Positions 13,118 to 25,883 of a DNA stretch of 64,000 bases are shown one piece after another. Every line of letters starts with the position of its first letter. Position 1 is the first letter of the stretch. The notes under the pieces are model-generated. The model was not told where the DNA came from. It did not search any database and saw only the letters and a list, made by a program, of their open reading frames with translations. The stretch covers positions 3,712,880 through 3,776,879 of the forward strand of contig NW_003314261.1 in assembly GCF_000143415.4 (NCBI RefSeq), read 5' to 3'. Position numbers and translations under genes: made by a program. Origin of the DNA: Selaginella moellendorffii (taxonomy: Eukaryota > Plantae > Lycopodiophyta).

Positions 13118-15203
13118 ATGGAGCTATGTAGGCTATTTGCTCTTGTCCTGCTTGTTGTCAGACTTGTTTTTCATGGAGATGCTGAAGATTCAGAGTTGGA
13201 AGCACTCTTGAGCTTTAAAAATTCTGTGGATGATCCTCTGGTGGCACTGAATAACTGGAAGGCAGGCACAGACGTTTGCCAATGGATTGGTGTAAGTTGT
13301 TCCTCGGTAGGCCGCATCACTGGCATACAGCTTGATTCTCTGTCACTTTCGGGCCTTCTTCCATTTTCTACCATCCAAGCCCTGCCTCAACTACGCACCT
13401 TGAGTGCTTCTGGGAACAACTTCACTGGGATCAAAATATCACCGCAGAAATGCTCTTTGGAGGTCCTCAATTTGTCAAGCAACGATTTCACTAGTGATTT
13501 TCTAGATATTCTTTTGGTTACTTGCAAAGACATCAGGTACTTGAACCTCTCACACAACAAGCTAAGAAAAATTTCGCTGAAGGGAACAATCGGGCATGTT
13601 ATGGTTTCGGTTGATTTATCTCACAACAGAATCAGTGGCTCGATACCTGCTTCCATTTTCACATTGTGTAAGAGTCTATCAGACAATCACGTATTTGGAC
13701 CATTCCTCTCGGTATTTGCCAATCGAAGTTTNNNNNNNNNNNNNNNNNNNNNNNNNNNNNNNNNNNNNNNNNNNNNNNNNNNNNNNNNNNNNNNNNNNNN
13801 NNNNNNNNNNNNNNNNNNNNNNNNNNNNNNNTCTCCAGGCCGACCACAACAACTTTATAGGTGAACTCCCTACAGTTCCTCCAAGTCTTAATGTTCTAGA
13901 CCTGAGCTGCAACTTGTTCAGCACTGGCAACCCAAACATCTGCCCTGCAAGGTCCTCACTTAAGTCTTTGCTGCTGGTATATAACAGGTTGCATGGTCGG
14001 GTTCTGAACTCAGCCATGAACTGTGGTAACCTGGAAATGCTTGATATCAGCATCAATTCTCTAGCAGGGCCCATTCCAGTGGATATGTGCAGCAGACTTC
14101 CGAAGCTTCAACATCTTCTTCTTTGGGGGAACAATCTTGAAGGCAGCATACCCGCTACAATCAGCAACTGCAGTGAGCTGGTGACACTAAATCTCAGTTT
14201 TAACAATCTCACAGGTGTCATTCCTCAGCAGATATCTGGGCTGAAGAAACTCTGGTTGCTGCTTCTGAGCAACAACATGATATCTGGAGCAATCCCCGCA
14301 TCTATTGGAAGTATGTTGAGCCTTCGATCTCTCGTACTGGGTCACAACATGCTTCAGGGTGGTCTACCAAGTGAGCTTAGAAACAACAAGGGTCTATTCA
14401 TGTTTTTAGTGAACGACAATCAGTTGACAGGACAAATTCCAGGCTGGATCGGCCGCTCATCAGAAGTGGATAGAGAAAAAATAACCGAAGTAACCTTCCC
14501 GTTTCTGATGGTGTTTGCAATCAACATAGAGGCATCCATCTGCAAAGCTTATGAGGAGGTTTTCATACTGCAAGGGATCCGCTTGGATGACTTTGAGCAA
14601 CTTCCGTTTGCAACCAGATGCAGAAGATGGTTCTTTCTGGCACCTCCTGGTTTCAACTTAACAATATATACTCTGGTAAACAGTCCTTTGGCTATTGATC
14701 TCTCGCACAACAGCTTCACTGGAACAATCCCAGAGGAATTCGGTGGCATGCGAGACTTAAATGTGCTAAATCTCGCACACAACTTACTTACGGGGGCCAT
14801 TCCTTCCACAATTGGAAACCTCAAGAACCTGGAGTGGCTAGATTTATCACAGAACTGGCTTGAATCAAACATCCCGGACTCGCTTGGCAACCTCACCTTC
14901 CTGAATTACTTAAACATCTCGAACAACAAGCTTTTCGGAAGGGTTCCACAGAGTGCTCAACTTGCATTATTCCCGGTGAGCAGCTATGAAGGAAACCCAG
15001 GCCTTTGTGGCTTCCCCCTTGCAGAGTGTGCTAGTTTGCATGATCCTTTTCATGATGATCACAAAGATGAAAACGATGATGACGGTCATGGCGATCAAAC
15101 GATTCTGGCTGCCATTGTTGGTGGTGGTGTTTCATGCATCCTGTGGACCTTCGCAGTTTTCTTCAGTAAGAGATGGGAGGCACTGCTTAAACGTTTAATA
15201 TAA
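13118..15203 (+). CDS. LRR receptor-like protein (signal peptide, LRRs, island, SYEGNPGLCG cap, acidic juxtamembrane, TM, short tail; no kinase)
   Basis: LxxLxLxxNxLxGxIP repeats, IDLSHNSFTGTIP, TM ILAAIVGGGVSCILWTFAVFF. Interrupted by an N-gap, so intactness cannot be confirmed. Confidence 0.85.
13732..13831. other. Assembly gap (100 N)
   Basis: Run of N. Confidence 1.
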
Positions 15204-16043
15204 TGTATTATAATCTGATTGTTGTTTAAGACGAGTTTAGCTGGCAAGAAATTAATCCTAGGAGAGGATTTGTCCAGTTGAATTCCAAATAAAACTGAAG
15301 TAAAAAGTTGTGGAGAATTTGTCATGCTTGTTCATGTAAGCATTGATTAGAGTGAAACGGCATTGCTACTATGTGACGCTCAGCAAAATCCGACGTGAAT
15401 CTTTGCTCGCTTAGCTCCCCAAAATGTGAAAACAAATTAATTAATTCATTGCTAACAAGTTTTCTTCCATCCATGGAAGCATTTCAATGGAGAAAGGTCA
15501 AGAGTATGACGAATAGATTGGAGAAGATCAACATCATATGGTAAAGCTAGTGAACGTTTTGACAAGGATAGGCAGATTTGTGGAAACCTTCTACCCCTAA
15601 CACCAATGTCGAGGATTCTCAACTCCTGCCAGAACTCCAGTTCCCGAGAGCAATCTTCTATAAAGCAGTAAGTTTTTCTCTGATTATTAATCATTTGATC
15701 TTCTAATTCTTTCTTATTATTGTTAATTATTTTTCCGGCTAAGCAGCATCCAGCGTCCCGAGCTTGGTCCTTCGAAAGAAGTGGAACTCGACAGAGCTAC
15801 TCATGCATTCATTGTAAAACATCAATGTACTTGTCCTCGTTCTTCTGGATCATACTTTAATTTCTCTTTTTGCTCGGGTGACTCCATTGCACACAATCTG
15901 ACACACGCATTGGCATCATCATCCACAGTGACTGGAGATCCTCCGCTAGCTAGAATCCAAGAGCTGATGACCGGCTTCCATCCTTAGTTCCATTGAAAAT
16001 TGAAATCCTTCGTCCACCACCATCCAAGCCAATCCAGATCCCA

Positions 16044-17317
16044 ATGGAAGTAGCTTCCAATGTCCGAGAGCTCATCAAGCCTGCGAACTCCTCTCCACCA
16101 CCACGACCGTCCATACTTCTCAGCTGCCTCGACCAGATTGCTCCTCGGGTCTACATGCCTTTCCTCTACTTCTTCGCACGATTCATCCCTTCCAACCAGC
16201 TCAAGCTATCCCTCTCCAAGACGCTCTCCCTCTTCTACCCGCTAGCCGGCCGCTACAAGCTTCTTCCCAATCAGGCCCTCGAGATCCAGTGTTGCGACTC
16301 CGGCATCGAGTTCTTCGAAGCGCTCGCCAGCAAATCTCTAGAAGAAGAACTTGGCAGCTTCCACGAGTTTAATCCCAGCCTCGACAGCCTAGCGTCGCGC
16401 GAGGCCTTCCCAACGCAAGAAACCACGGAACTTCCTCTTGTCTCGATCAAGCTCACTCGGTTCCTGTGCGGCGGCGCTTGCCTCCAGGTAGCGACTCACC
16501 ACAGCGCAGCCGATGGAGTTGCCACAGCCGATTTCGTGAAAGCCTGGGCGCTGATTTCCTCCGGCCAGGAGCATCGCGTCAATCCGCCACACTTGGGAAC
16601 GATCCCTGCTCCTGCAACCTGACGCAATTTCCACCGGAATCCACTCCAGCGGAGTACCAGATTGAGCCTCCGCCCTTCCCCGACACCAGCAATGTGGAGC
16701 GCTCAATCCTCTCCTTCACGAGCAGCGGCATTCGGTCGCTGCTAAAGAGCGACACCACCGCGACTCGATTCGAAATACTGGCGGCTCACCTCTGGATCGC
16801 GATCACCCGCGCCAGAACCGAGCTCTCGCTTCTTCAACCGCATGAGGAAACGAGGCTAGGCTTCGCGGTGAATGGGAGAAAACGTTTCAATCCTCCAATT
16901 CCCGATGGATTTCTGGGCAATGCGGTCTTTCTTGCAATCGCATCCTCCAGCATCGAGCAGCTTCTGGCAGGATCGATCGACGGCGTTGTGAATCTCATCC
17001 AAGAAGCCAAGCGCAGGATCACGCACCAACACATGCTATCCACAGCCGCCTGGATTGCATCGAGGAAGTGCCCGCTAGAGATTTCGCTCTCCTTCAACCA
17101 CTCGGATCTCGTGATCTCGAGCTGGCAGCGATTGGAGATCGCTGGCGCGGATTTCGGAAGCGGCAAGCCGGTATTCGCTGGAACCATGGGAATTGTGTGG
17201 GCTGGAGTGGCCATCATCTTTCCCGAGATCGAGGGAAACGATCGACTTGTCGTCAACACGATGCTTGAGCGCGATCAAATGGATGTCGTTCGCAGAGATC
17301 CTGGGCTCATAGTTTAG
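16044..17317 (+). pseudogene. BAHD acyltransferase with a frameshift near 16595-16650 (pseudogene or sequencing error)
   Basis: LSKTLSLFYPLAGR and HHSAADG (HxxxD) in one frame; GFLGNAV and ADFGSGKP (DFGWG-like) in another; no evident intron bridges the frames. Confidence 0.8.
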
Positions 17318-17649
17318 GGCAACTAAAGCATATTCGCCTTCATTGACACAGAGTCAATTCTGACGTTGGCAACCAGCCATTCTCGATTCAACGTTGATCT
17401 TTGTTTATATATCAATAAACGTTTTACAATTCTTTCTTTACATTTCAACTCCCTCGTTTGCCTTTTCGTCCCAACTTGTTTTCGTTCCGCAGTTGTTTTC
17501 AGCAGCCACCAAAAATGTTTTCCAGCCATAGACATAAGAGATGTTGATGTCTAGAGAATACAAAAAAGAAAAACGCAAGCAAATGAAGTTAGTAATGGTG
17601 AAAAGGAAATACGAACTAGCAAGTAAAGCTTTACTGCTGGTATTTGTGT

Positions 17650-18200
17650 TTAAGCCGCTTGAACTTTCTTCATGACCAAGTCGTTCTCAAGGCCGGGAAC
17701 ACTCCTTTTCACACCACTCCTTCACAGCTTGTCAATCTTACTGCTGCAATTTTTGACAAATCCATGGGTGTTGCAGAACCTGACTGGTCCTTGCTTGTTT
17801 GCAGCGGAGGATCTCATTTCTAAGATGTTGGCCGTGGATCCGAAACAGAGGTCACCCCCTGTGACACAAGATCAAATGCTTCCATCGGCTGGTATCCTCC
17901 CTCTCCCTTAGCATCTTGTATAAAATTGCTCCTAGCCCCCAGACGTCGATGGCTGCCATGTAGAGCTCCAATCCCTGTTCTCCACCACCTCAGCTGCCAT
18001 GTACTTCACTGTGCAATAGTTCTGTGATATCTCCTCGGGGTTATCTGTAGCAATGCCAAAGTTGCTGATCACCACTTTGTCATGCACGTTTAGCTTGAAA
18101 AGAATGCTTGCGATCTTGGTGAACCACGCCCCTCAAATCCATCTCTTTTGAGGGTCTTTACCAGCTGCTTGATGATTCTGGCTGCTTTCTCTTCAACCAT
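17650..18200 (-). pseudogene. Ser/Thr kinase pseudogene (copy A, paralog of 24000-24935)
   Basis: Reverse-strand homology to EKAARIIKQL, KVVISNFGIATDNPEE, AAIDVWGLG, LVMKKVQAA with stops. The segment ~17790-17900 lies in inverted orientation (AEDLISKMLAVDPKQR on +). Confidence 0.85.
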
Positions 18201-18263
18201 CTTCTCGCAAATATGCAATATTTAAAAGACCACGAAATAATTTACCAAGTTTGGAATAAAGCC

Positions 18264-20634
18264 TTAAGAAAGGAAGGCAATATTTCCACCAACGAACGTA
18301 GCAACCACTCGAGGAAAAATGCCCGTGCCCTGTGCAAAAGGAGACTCGGACAACACCACAAAGTCGGCAAACTTTCCTGGAGTCAGTGACCCAACCAGAT
18401 CCTCCAATGCAGCTGCATACGCAGCCAAGGATGTGTACCTGTGAATCCAGAAACAAGGACTGCATTTCAGTTTCTCATCTGTTTTCTCTTACCCCGCCAC
18501 TGCGTCCCATGCAGAAATCCTTTCCTCGGGAATCCAGGGATGACTCCAGCCTGAAGGTGTTCTCTCCACGGCTGCGCGGATCCCTCCAAGTGGATTCACT
18601 GCTACAACCTTGAGGGAAATCATTCACGTAACGCCGAAGAAAAAGTATTTGACAGACTTACAGGCCAGTCGGATCCTAGAGCAACCACGCTACCGTTTCC
18701 GAGGAGGGAGCGGAGGTTATAAGATCCACGTGAGCGCTTCTCACCAAGTTTCTTCACGGCGTAGTAAGCATCATCTAGAAGTTGCTCTGGCTGTGCAAAA
18801 ATCCAGGGTAATGGAGGCAGCATGCATTCATCTGCTTACTTGCATCGACGCAGATATTGAGAACGTCCCAAATTTAAGGTGCGCTCCAGGTGAAAGGTGC
18901 TGTGCATGCTCTACCTGCAATCCCACGAGTTCAGTGATACAAACGTAGATTTGTTCATCGTTACTCTCAATCGATGTCCTTGACGAGGATGTTTAGAAAT
19001 AGCGTCAGCGTAAATTCCAAGCACATCATCGTTTGCTGCATCGCCAATCGCATGTACTGCTACCTGAAGTTCATGATTAGCATTGGATCAAGGATCATGG
19101 AAGTACCTGTAATTTCGACTCAAAAGCAGCACTCACGGACTCGGAAAGCCAACTCAGATCGGCCACACGGAGGCCAAAATTGTTCGGATCGTCTTCGTAG
19201 TGCTGCGCCAGAAACTTTAATACCTCAGAAAAGCTACTTAATATTTACGTGACACCTGGTGAAAGAGAGCTGTTCCCGAGCCCAGCGATCCATCGGCAAA
19301 AGCTTTGACCCCACCAATGTGAACCCAGTCGCTTATATGCCGTCCTCTCTCTTTTATCAGAGCCTGAAGAACAAATTCAAGTATCGTATTGTAAAATGAC
19401 AATCAGAACTTACAGCGACTCGTGGCCAAGTCTCGAGTGGGAAGAAAAGTGCAGACCTCACAGTCATATTCCCGAGTGAGTCCATCCACGTGTATACCTC
19501 TAGAGGAAGAATTTAGACGAGGAACATGATGTTTAAAATGGAATTACCTTCAAAATCGTTCCATGATTCTTTGATTGATCCACCAGGAAAGTATGATCCG
19601 AAATCAACTACTGAGGTGACGCCTTTAGAGACAGCATAATGGCTTGCTCTTGCCAGAGCGTCTCTACGTTGCTCCAATGACGGTTTAGGAACACAAGAAG
19701 TTAACAATATCATAGCAGCATCAACGAGTAAACCAGTTGGAACTACAAAGAAGGATGTTAGAACCAACTTCTCTATAATTCAGATAGGAGAATAAAAACT
19801 GACCACCATCTGCATCTCTTACAATGCTCCCACCAGTTGGATCTTCTTTAACGCTCTTCAAATCACAAATATCCATGGCAACTTTATTTGCAAGGCCCAT
19901 GTGACCGTCCATCCTGCTGAGCCACACCTGTGTGATACTATGAACGTCAGGTTTTTAGAACCTCAAAACTACAACAAAAACTCACCGGATTTTTTTCTGT
20001 GACACTATCAATCCAGGATGAATCTGGCCACTCACCTCCCCAGTGTTCGTTGCTCCATCCAAATCCTTGAAGCCACTCATTTGGCTCGAGCCCTTCAAAA
20101 GAAGCGATGAATATTATACACTCATGAAGAAAACAAATTCAAGAGCACCATGAGCAGCATGTTGAACTTTCTGTGTGAACTCTAGACGTGTGTGTACATC
20201 ATGAAGATCCAATCTTACTAGCTGCAGGTAAGACGTTAATTTCCCTTGTTGTTTAAACTTAACATACCTGCAGGCCTCCAGGAATAAAGTGAACATGAGA
20301 ATCAATGAAACCAGGCACCACAAACTGCCCCTCGAGATCACGGAATTCGGTATCAGAACCGGCAACCTCCTACAAGCATGAAATTTTGTGAAAAATATCT
20401 GTAACGAAGAAAACAAACGCTTACCTTGACAAATGAGAGAGAACCCACGCGAAGGATTCTTCCCCGTCTCACAGCCATCGACTCTGCCCATGGAACATCC
20501 TGGTCTGCAGTCCAGATACTGCAGTTCGTGATGACAAAATCAGCCGGTGCTCCTGGATTTCGTTTCCAAGATAGAAGAACTGCTACGGCTAAGGACAGCA
20601 GCACTATCCCAAGTGAAGTTGCTAACGAACCCAT
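18264..20634 (-). CDS. LAF3: Amidohydrolase-3 family protein, LONG AFTER FAR-RED 3-like (multi-exon, apparently intact)
   Basis: N-terminal TM; WAESMAVRRGRI, VPGFIDSHVHF, WLSRMDGHMGLAN, GGVKAFADGSLGS, HAIGDAAND, RIEHAQHL, LGSDWPV, GKFADFVVLS; stop TAA at 18264. Confidence 0.92.
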
Positions 20635-20783
20635 CACGACTGTCTAGGGCCAGTTAGCTTTAACATTTAAATACACACTAGCTGCTTTTATCTGCATGCA
20701 AAGGAGACCCGATTCGATAAAATGTACTCGAAAGGATACCTGAGAAGCGCCTTGTTTAAAAATTGATTTACAAAAGCCCATTG

Positions 20784-22724
20784 TCAGTGAAGCTTACATC
20801 CCAGAAATTTCTCCATGACACTGTCCAAAGCCTGAGACAAAAGCACCGTTTAACAGCAGCGAAATAGCTTCAGAATCTTTACCTTTGATGCGAACGCTTC
20901 CTTCCTATCGAGGAGCGCAGCCATTGCGACACTGGAGTCGTCAAAAACACTGTAAAAGCGCTTGTAGAACTCTGCTCTGTTAAAACCAAAGCCATAACCA
21001 CGTAAAATCAACAGCATCCTAAAACTTGCTTACTGTGATGCTTCAGAAGCAATCGAGTCCATCTCTTCAAACTGTTTTGTCAAAAGTTCTGCAGCGACAG
21101 GACTGAGAGCATGCAATACGAGTGCTTCTAGTGAACGAGGAAATGTAGTCTGCAAATGCACAACTTGGTAGCAACAAACATAGCATACAGTGCCTGCACT
21201 TACCACCATGGTAAGAAAGATTCGACGAAGGCTTCGAGGGCTCGTATTTAGAAACACACTTGCGATAGGATCGTCCTCACAATTGCCATTGTTCACTGCG
21301 ACCGCTACGCAGGATAGTATGACGTGAAGTTGTTTTGTTTCTAGTGGACTCAAGCTGTTCACGGTAAGATCTTCTGCTCCTTGCACGTCATCAAGATCAA
21401 TTTCTACATCCACGTGAGGATTCCATCCGAGCATCGATCTCTGTAGAACAATATAAGTAAATTGCATTGGCAATTGTTGCTTGTTGACCTTTTCGGCGTC
21501 CAAAAGACTGGAAAACAAAAGAAGCTGTTAAAAAGCCAAGAGCAACATTTGCTAACCTCACTAAAATCCTCCGCAAATAATATGCATCCATGGGCGTGTC
21601 GAATGCGCAAGATTGTTTAGACGCCCACCAAAAGTTTACGGCAATGGTTAGAGCAGCACTGTCCACTTGGTGGAACCAGCCCTCTGGTATAAAAACTGCA
21701 CTGCCAGCATCGACTACCAGAACCCGACTGTGTTTTGATGCATCTCTAAAGCGTGGATATTTTTGGTAGTCTGGTTCTACAAAATTCACCTCGCTGCATA
21801 GAAACAGGAATAAAAGAACTGTATCTTTTTCTATAAAAACAAATACCTATGGTTCGAAGCTTCTCCATACAGTGGCTTTGGGTACAGATATGGCGCCGCA
21901 TCAGGAGGCCACAGAGTAACTGCAACAAATACAACACTGAAAAATGCCACGCATGAAAAAGCTCTACCTTTCTTCTGACCCGTCACGACTCCAAGAACAT
22001 TGTGGTATGGATCATAATGTATGCTTGATCGAGAAGACGTCGAACTCATCCAAAGGTTGATGTTTGAGACCGCATCCTCGTCCAGGAACTCTGGCTGAGC
22101 ATAAGTGTCACAAAAAAAGAAAAAAGTAGACGAAGAATATATGATACCAGGGATATCTCGGATTCCAGAGAAGCGAGCGGAGGTTTCTCGGTTGAGTCTT
22201 TCACGCATATAGGAACCTGCAGTGATATTCTTAATATCGGCAACACGGACAACAAGAGTAAATCTTAACCTGTGCCAGATAAAAGTGATCGTTGTGCTCT
22301 CCAGGTGACAAAACCATGTCTAGATATTCTCTGAAAGGCAACGCCACCTAGAAAAGAACAAGTTTAAGAACAAAAGAAAGGAGTCAAAGAAATAATACAA
22401 ACTCTTTCATGGCTTCTAATATCACCGAAGAACGTAGACCCATCGGTGCTCACCATTGCTTGCACTAGAGGTTCTCCTGCGATTTCCTTGAGAAGCGGTC
22501 TAATCCCTGCTCTAGAACACGAAAATCCTCACCTTAAGATGCTCGACACCGCCAGTGGCTGGATTCCACCGCTCAAATGCGGGCCATTGCCGCAGAATCC
22601 CTGGAAAAACCTGCCAGAAGCTCTAACAATCGAAACAAATCGACGCGCCTCTTACCACGGGAATGTTTCGAGCTTCCATCTCCCGGAATTCGTCCCTCGA
22701 CGGTGGGCGCCAATTTTCCGCCAT
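20784..22724 (-). CDS. JMJ31: JmjC/cupin-8 2-oxoglutarate oxygenase, JMJ31-like (multi-exon)
   Basis: NINLWMSSTSSRSSIHYDPYHNVLGVVTGQKK, LYPKPLYGEASNH, AVFIPEGWFHQVDS, AVNFWW; HxD...H iron ligands present. Confidence 0.85.
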
Positions 22725-22780
22725 AGCCAAACGTTAAAAATGAAGAACCCTAGCTAGGAAAGTGGATTTTGGGCTAGTGT

Positions 22781-23580
22781 GTGCGGCAATGCCACTCCGA
22801 TCGCTATGGCGAATGCGGCAGCGTCGGCGACGCGCGAGATCTTCGACGGCATGGACGATCACAGCAAGAACAGGTTCTCCTGCATCGCGATGCTCATCGT
22901 CTATGCGCACAACGGCAGGCCCTTGGACTCCAAGAATCTCTTCGATCGCATCCCCGGTGGTAGAGATTCCGTGGCGTGGAGTTACCTCATCGGCGCATTT
23001 GTCAAGATCGGGGATCTTGAGCACGCAAGGCACGTCTTCGATCTCCTCCCGCGGTGGACCGTCGTCACATCCACGGCGATTGTCGTGGCGCTGGCGAAGC
23101 GTGGCAAGGCCGAGGACGCCAGAGCGATGTTCTTGGCGATGCCGGAGAGAGATCTCGTCGCCTGGAACGCGATGATCACCGCATATGCCCAGAATGGGAA
23201 TCTCCAGGTGGCGCAGGCGATTGGATAACTTCGTCTCCTTGAACGCGATCATCCAGAGGCCAGGATGAAGCGCTGGCCAAGAAGGTCTTCGATTCGAAGC
23301 CCCAGCGAGAGGTGGTGTCACGGAGCGGGCGTGTGGAAGAAGCGCGAGCTGCCGGCCTTGAACATCGTCTGGTGGAACCTGATGATCCAGGCGTTCGCGG
23401 ACTATCTCCTGGTGGACGAAGCCAAGGAGCGCTTCCATCCAGCGAGCACGACTTCGTGTCATGCACGGCCTACTCGCAGACCAGCCAGATCTTCCTCGCG
23501 AAAGCAGCCGTCGATCGAATTCCCCAGCGCGATGTGGTGTCCTGCCAGTCGTATGCAAAAGCATGGATCAAGCAGACTCT
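22781..23580 (+). pseudogene. PPR pseudogene (deleted copy of 27532-29835)
   Basis: ATG>GTG start; large internal deletions and frameshifts; identical motifs REIFDGMDDHSKNRFS and AMPERDLVAWNAMITAYAQNG. Confidence 0.92.
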
Positions 23581-23999
23581 TCAACACTTTGAGAAGTTCC
23601 CCAATGATTTCAAGATATGCTTGGATTGTAAGATTAGCCATTCTCGATTTAACTCCACTTTTGATCCTTGTTTATATATGCATAGACTTTTTTCAATTCT
23701 TTCTTGAGGGGAGAACTTCCCTCGTTTCTTAAAGAAGAGCAGCATAGCTTTGTGTGTAACATCTATCTCGTTTACATCTATCTCGGCATTTGCTTGGACG
23801 TTTTTCATGTTACCTTTTAGCTTGAACCAGTTGAGATTGTTCTCGGCAGCCACCAAAAAGGTATTTCCACACAGAGACACGAGAGATGTCGATGATGTCC
23901 GGAGGATACAAAAACGAACCCAAGCAAATGAAGTTAGTAACTGCGAATAGGAGAAAGAGGAAATGGCAAGTGTGCTTACCGGACTGACTGCTGCCACTT

Positions 24000-24935
24000 T
24001 TAAGCCGCTCGAACTTTCTTCACGACCAAGTCCTTGTCGAGGCCAGGAGCACTCCTTTTCGCACCACAGGGCCTCCTCCACGTCCTGTAGATCCTACTGC
24101 TGCTGCTTCTGCAAAGCTTGACAATCCATGGGTGTTGTAGAACCTGATCGACTGTCAGCCTTTGTTTCGGATCCACAGCCAGCATCTTCTCAAGGAGATC
24201 CTCCGCTACAAACGAGAAAGGACCAACCGGGGATGCCCCCTGTCGCACACGATCAAATGCTTCACTCGGCTGATATCCTCTCTTTCCCAGCATCTCGTAT
24301 AAAATCGCTCCAAGCCCCCACACGTCGATAGCTGCTGTGTAGAAGCTCCCATCCTTGTTCTCTGCCACCTCGGGTGCCATGTACTTCCCCGTGCCACAGT
24401 ACTGCGACATCTCCTCAGGGTCGTCTGTGGCCAAACCAAAGTCACTAATCACCACTTTGTCGCGCGCGTCTAGCTTGAAAAGGATGTTGCCCGGCTTGAG
24501 ATCCCGGTGAACTATGCCTCTCGAATGCATCTCCTTGAGGGTCTCTGCCAGCTGCTTGATAATCTGAGCTGCTTCTTCTTCGCTCATCTGCCCGGAAACG
24601 CGCAAGCGATCAGCAAGACTAGATCCACATAGTTCCATAATAATACTCCCAAAACACTGTCCTCCATCTCTCTCCTTGATGAAATCTTTGAAGGAGACAA
24701 CTCCAGGGCAGCCCCGGAGCTTGGCCATGATCCCAACTTCTCTCTCAGCGTCGCTCCCTGATCGAAATGCCTTGGCTGCATATGACTTGTGACCGTCCAG
24801 ATTGTGAAACACGAATACATGCCCCTGGCCGCCACACCCCAGCGTCCTACCTTTCTCGAAACCTCGCTGCCCCAACATATGAATGCTGAGAAGCTCTTTG
24901 CAATCTTCCTCCCTAAACTCACTTACCACCGCCAT
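24000..24935 (-). CDS. Intronless Ser/Thr protein kinase (CAMK-group-like), copy B
   Basis: GCGGQG, YAAK, HRDLKPGN, DFG, GTGKYMAPE, DVWGLG, RLTVDQVLQHPW; 311 aa. Confidence 0.92.
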   Translation of the reverse strand: MAVVSEFREEDCKELLSIHMLGQRGFEKGRTLGCGGQGHVFVFHNLDGHKSYAAKAFRSGSDAEREVGIMAKLRGCPGVVSFKDFIKERDGGQCFGSIIMELCGSSLADRLRVSGQMSEEEAAQIIKQLAETLKEMHSRGIVHRDLKPGNILFKLDARDKVVISDFGLATDDPEEMSQYCGTGKYMAPEVAENKDGSFYTAAIDVWGLGAILYEMLGKRGYQPSEAFDRVRQGASPVGPFSFVAEDLLEKMLAVDPKQRLTVDQVLQHPWIVKLCRSSSSRIYRTWRRPCGAKRSAPGLDKDLVVKKVRAA

Positions 24936-25049
24936 CGCTTCACAAGCTTAAGAAAAAAAACCCTAGCTTCTTCTACCGAATTTAACTACATGGCTGAGAT
25001 GGCGTTTGATCGACGGCGACGATGCGCTGTGTTTTCTCAAATAGTATAA

Positions 25050-25740
25050 CGCTTAAGAAAGGACACCAACGAAAGTAGAAACTACTCAAGGAAAAACTGC
25101 TGAGGATGGGTACCTGTGAATTCAAAAACAAGGACTACATTTCAGTTTCTCATCATTTTTCTCTTACCCTGCCACTGCGTCCCAAGCCGAAATCCTTTCC
25201 TCGGGAATCCAGGGATGACTCCAGCCTGAAGGTGTTCTCTCCACGAGTGTGCGGATTCCTTCAAGTCGATTCGCTGCTACCACCTTGAGACAAAACCATT
25301 CACGTAATGCCGAAGAACAAGTACTTGACAGACTTCAGTGGGATCCTAGAGCAATCACGCTACCATTTCCGAGGAGGGAGCGGAAGTTATAAGATCCGCG
25401 CGAGCGCTTCTCGCCAAGTTTCTTCACAGCGTAGTAAGCATCATCTAAAAGTTGCTCTGGCTGTGCAAAAATCCAGGGCAATGGAGGCATCATGCATTCA
25501 TCTGCTTACTTGCATCGACACAGATATGAACTTCCCAAATTTGTGGTGTGCTCCAGGTGAAAGGTGTTGTGCATGCTCTACCTGCAATCTCACAAGTCAA
25601 GCGATACAAACGTAGATTTGTTCATCGTTACTCTCAATCGATGTCCTTGATGGGGATGTTTAGAAATAGCATCAGCGTAAATTGCAAGTACGTCGTCGTT
25701 TGCTGCATGCCAATCGCATGCACCGCTACCTAAAGTTCAT
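25050..25740 (-). pseudogene. LAF3 3' fragment (copy B)
   Basis: High identity to ~18270-19075 with deletions; all 5' exons missing. Confidence 0.9.
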
Positions 25741-25883
25741 GGTCCATTGGTCAGTTTGTGCCAAACACAGTTCAGAGGATGTAAGCCAGCTTCTGTCGAT
25801 CACAAAAAGTGCTTTCTTCCATAGCGTCGGGGCCGCGATAATGGCTTGTCGAAATGACAAAGCCCCGGATGGAGTGGCCACCT

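Noticed and set aside
15452-15694. Possible hAT dimerisation-domain remnant (LEFWQE...RFPQI...LALP) on the minus strand
   Set aside because: Similarity too short and weak to call without an HMM search.
16044-22724. BAHD + amidohydrolase + 2OG oxygenase as a metabolic gene cluster
   Set aside because: LAF3 and JMJ31 are conserved general genes, the BAHD is frameshifted, and no scaffold-forming enzyme is present.
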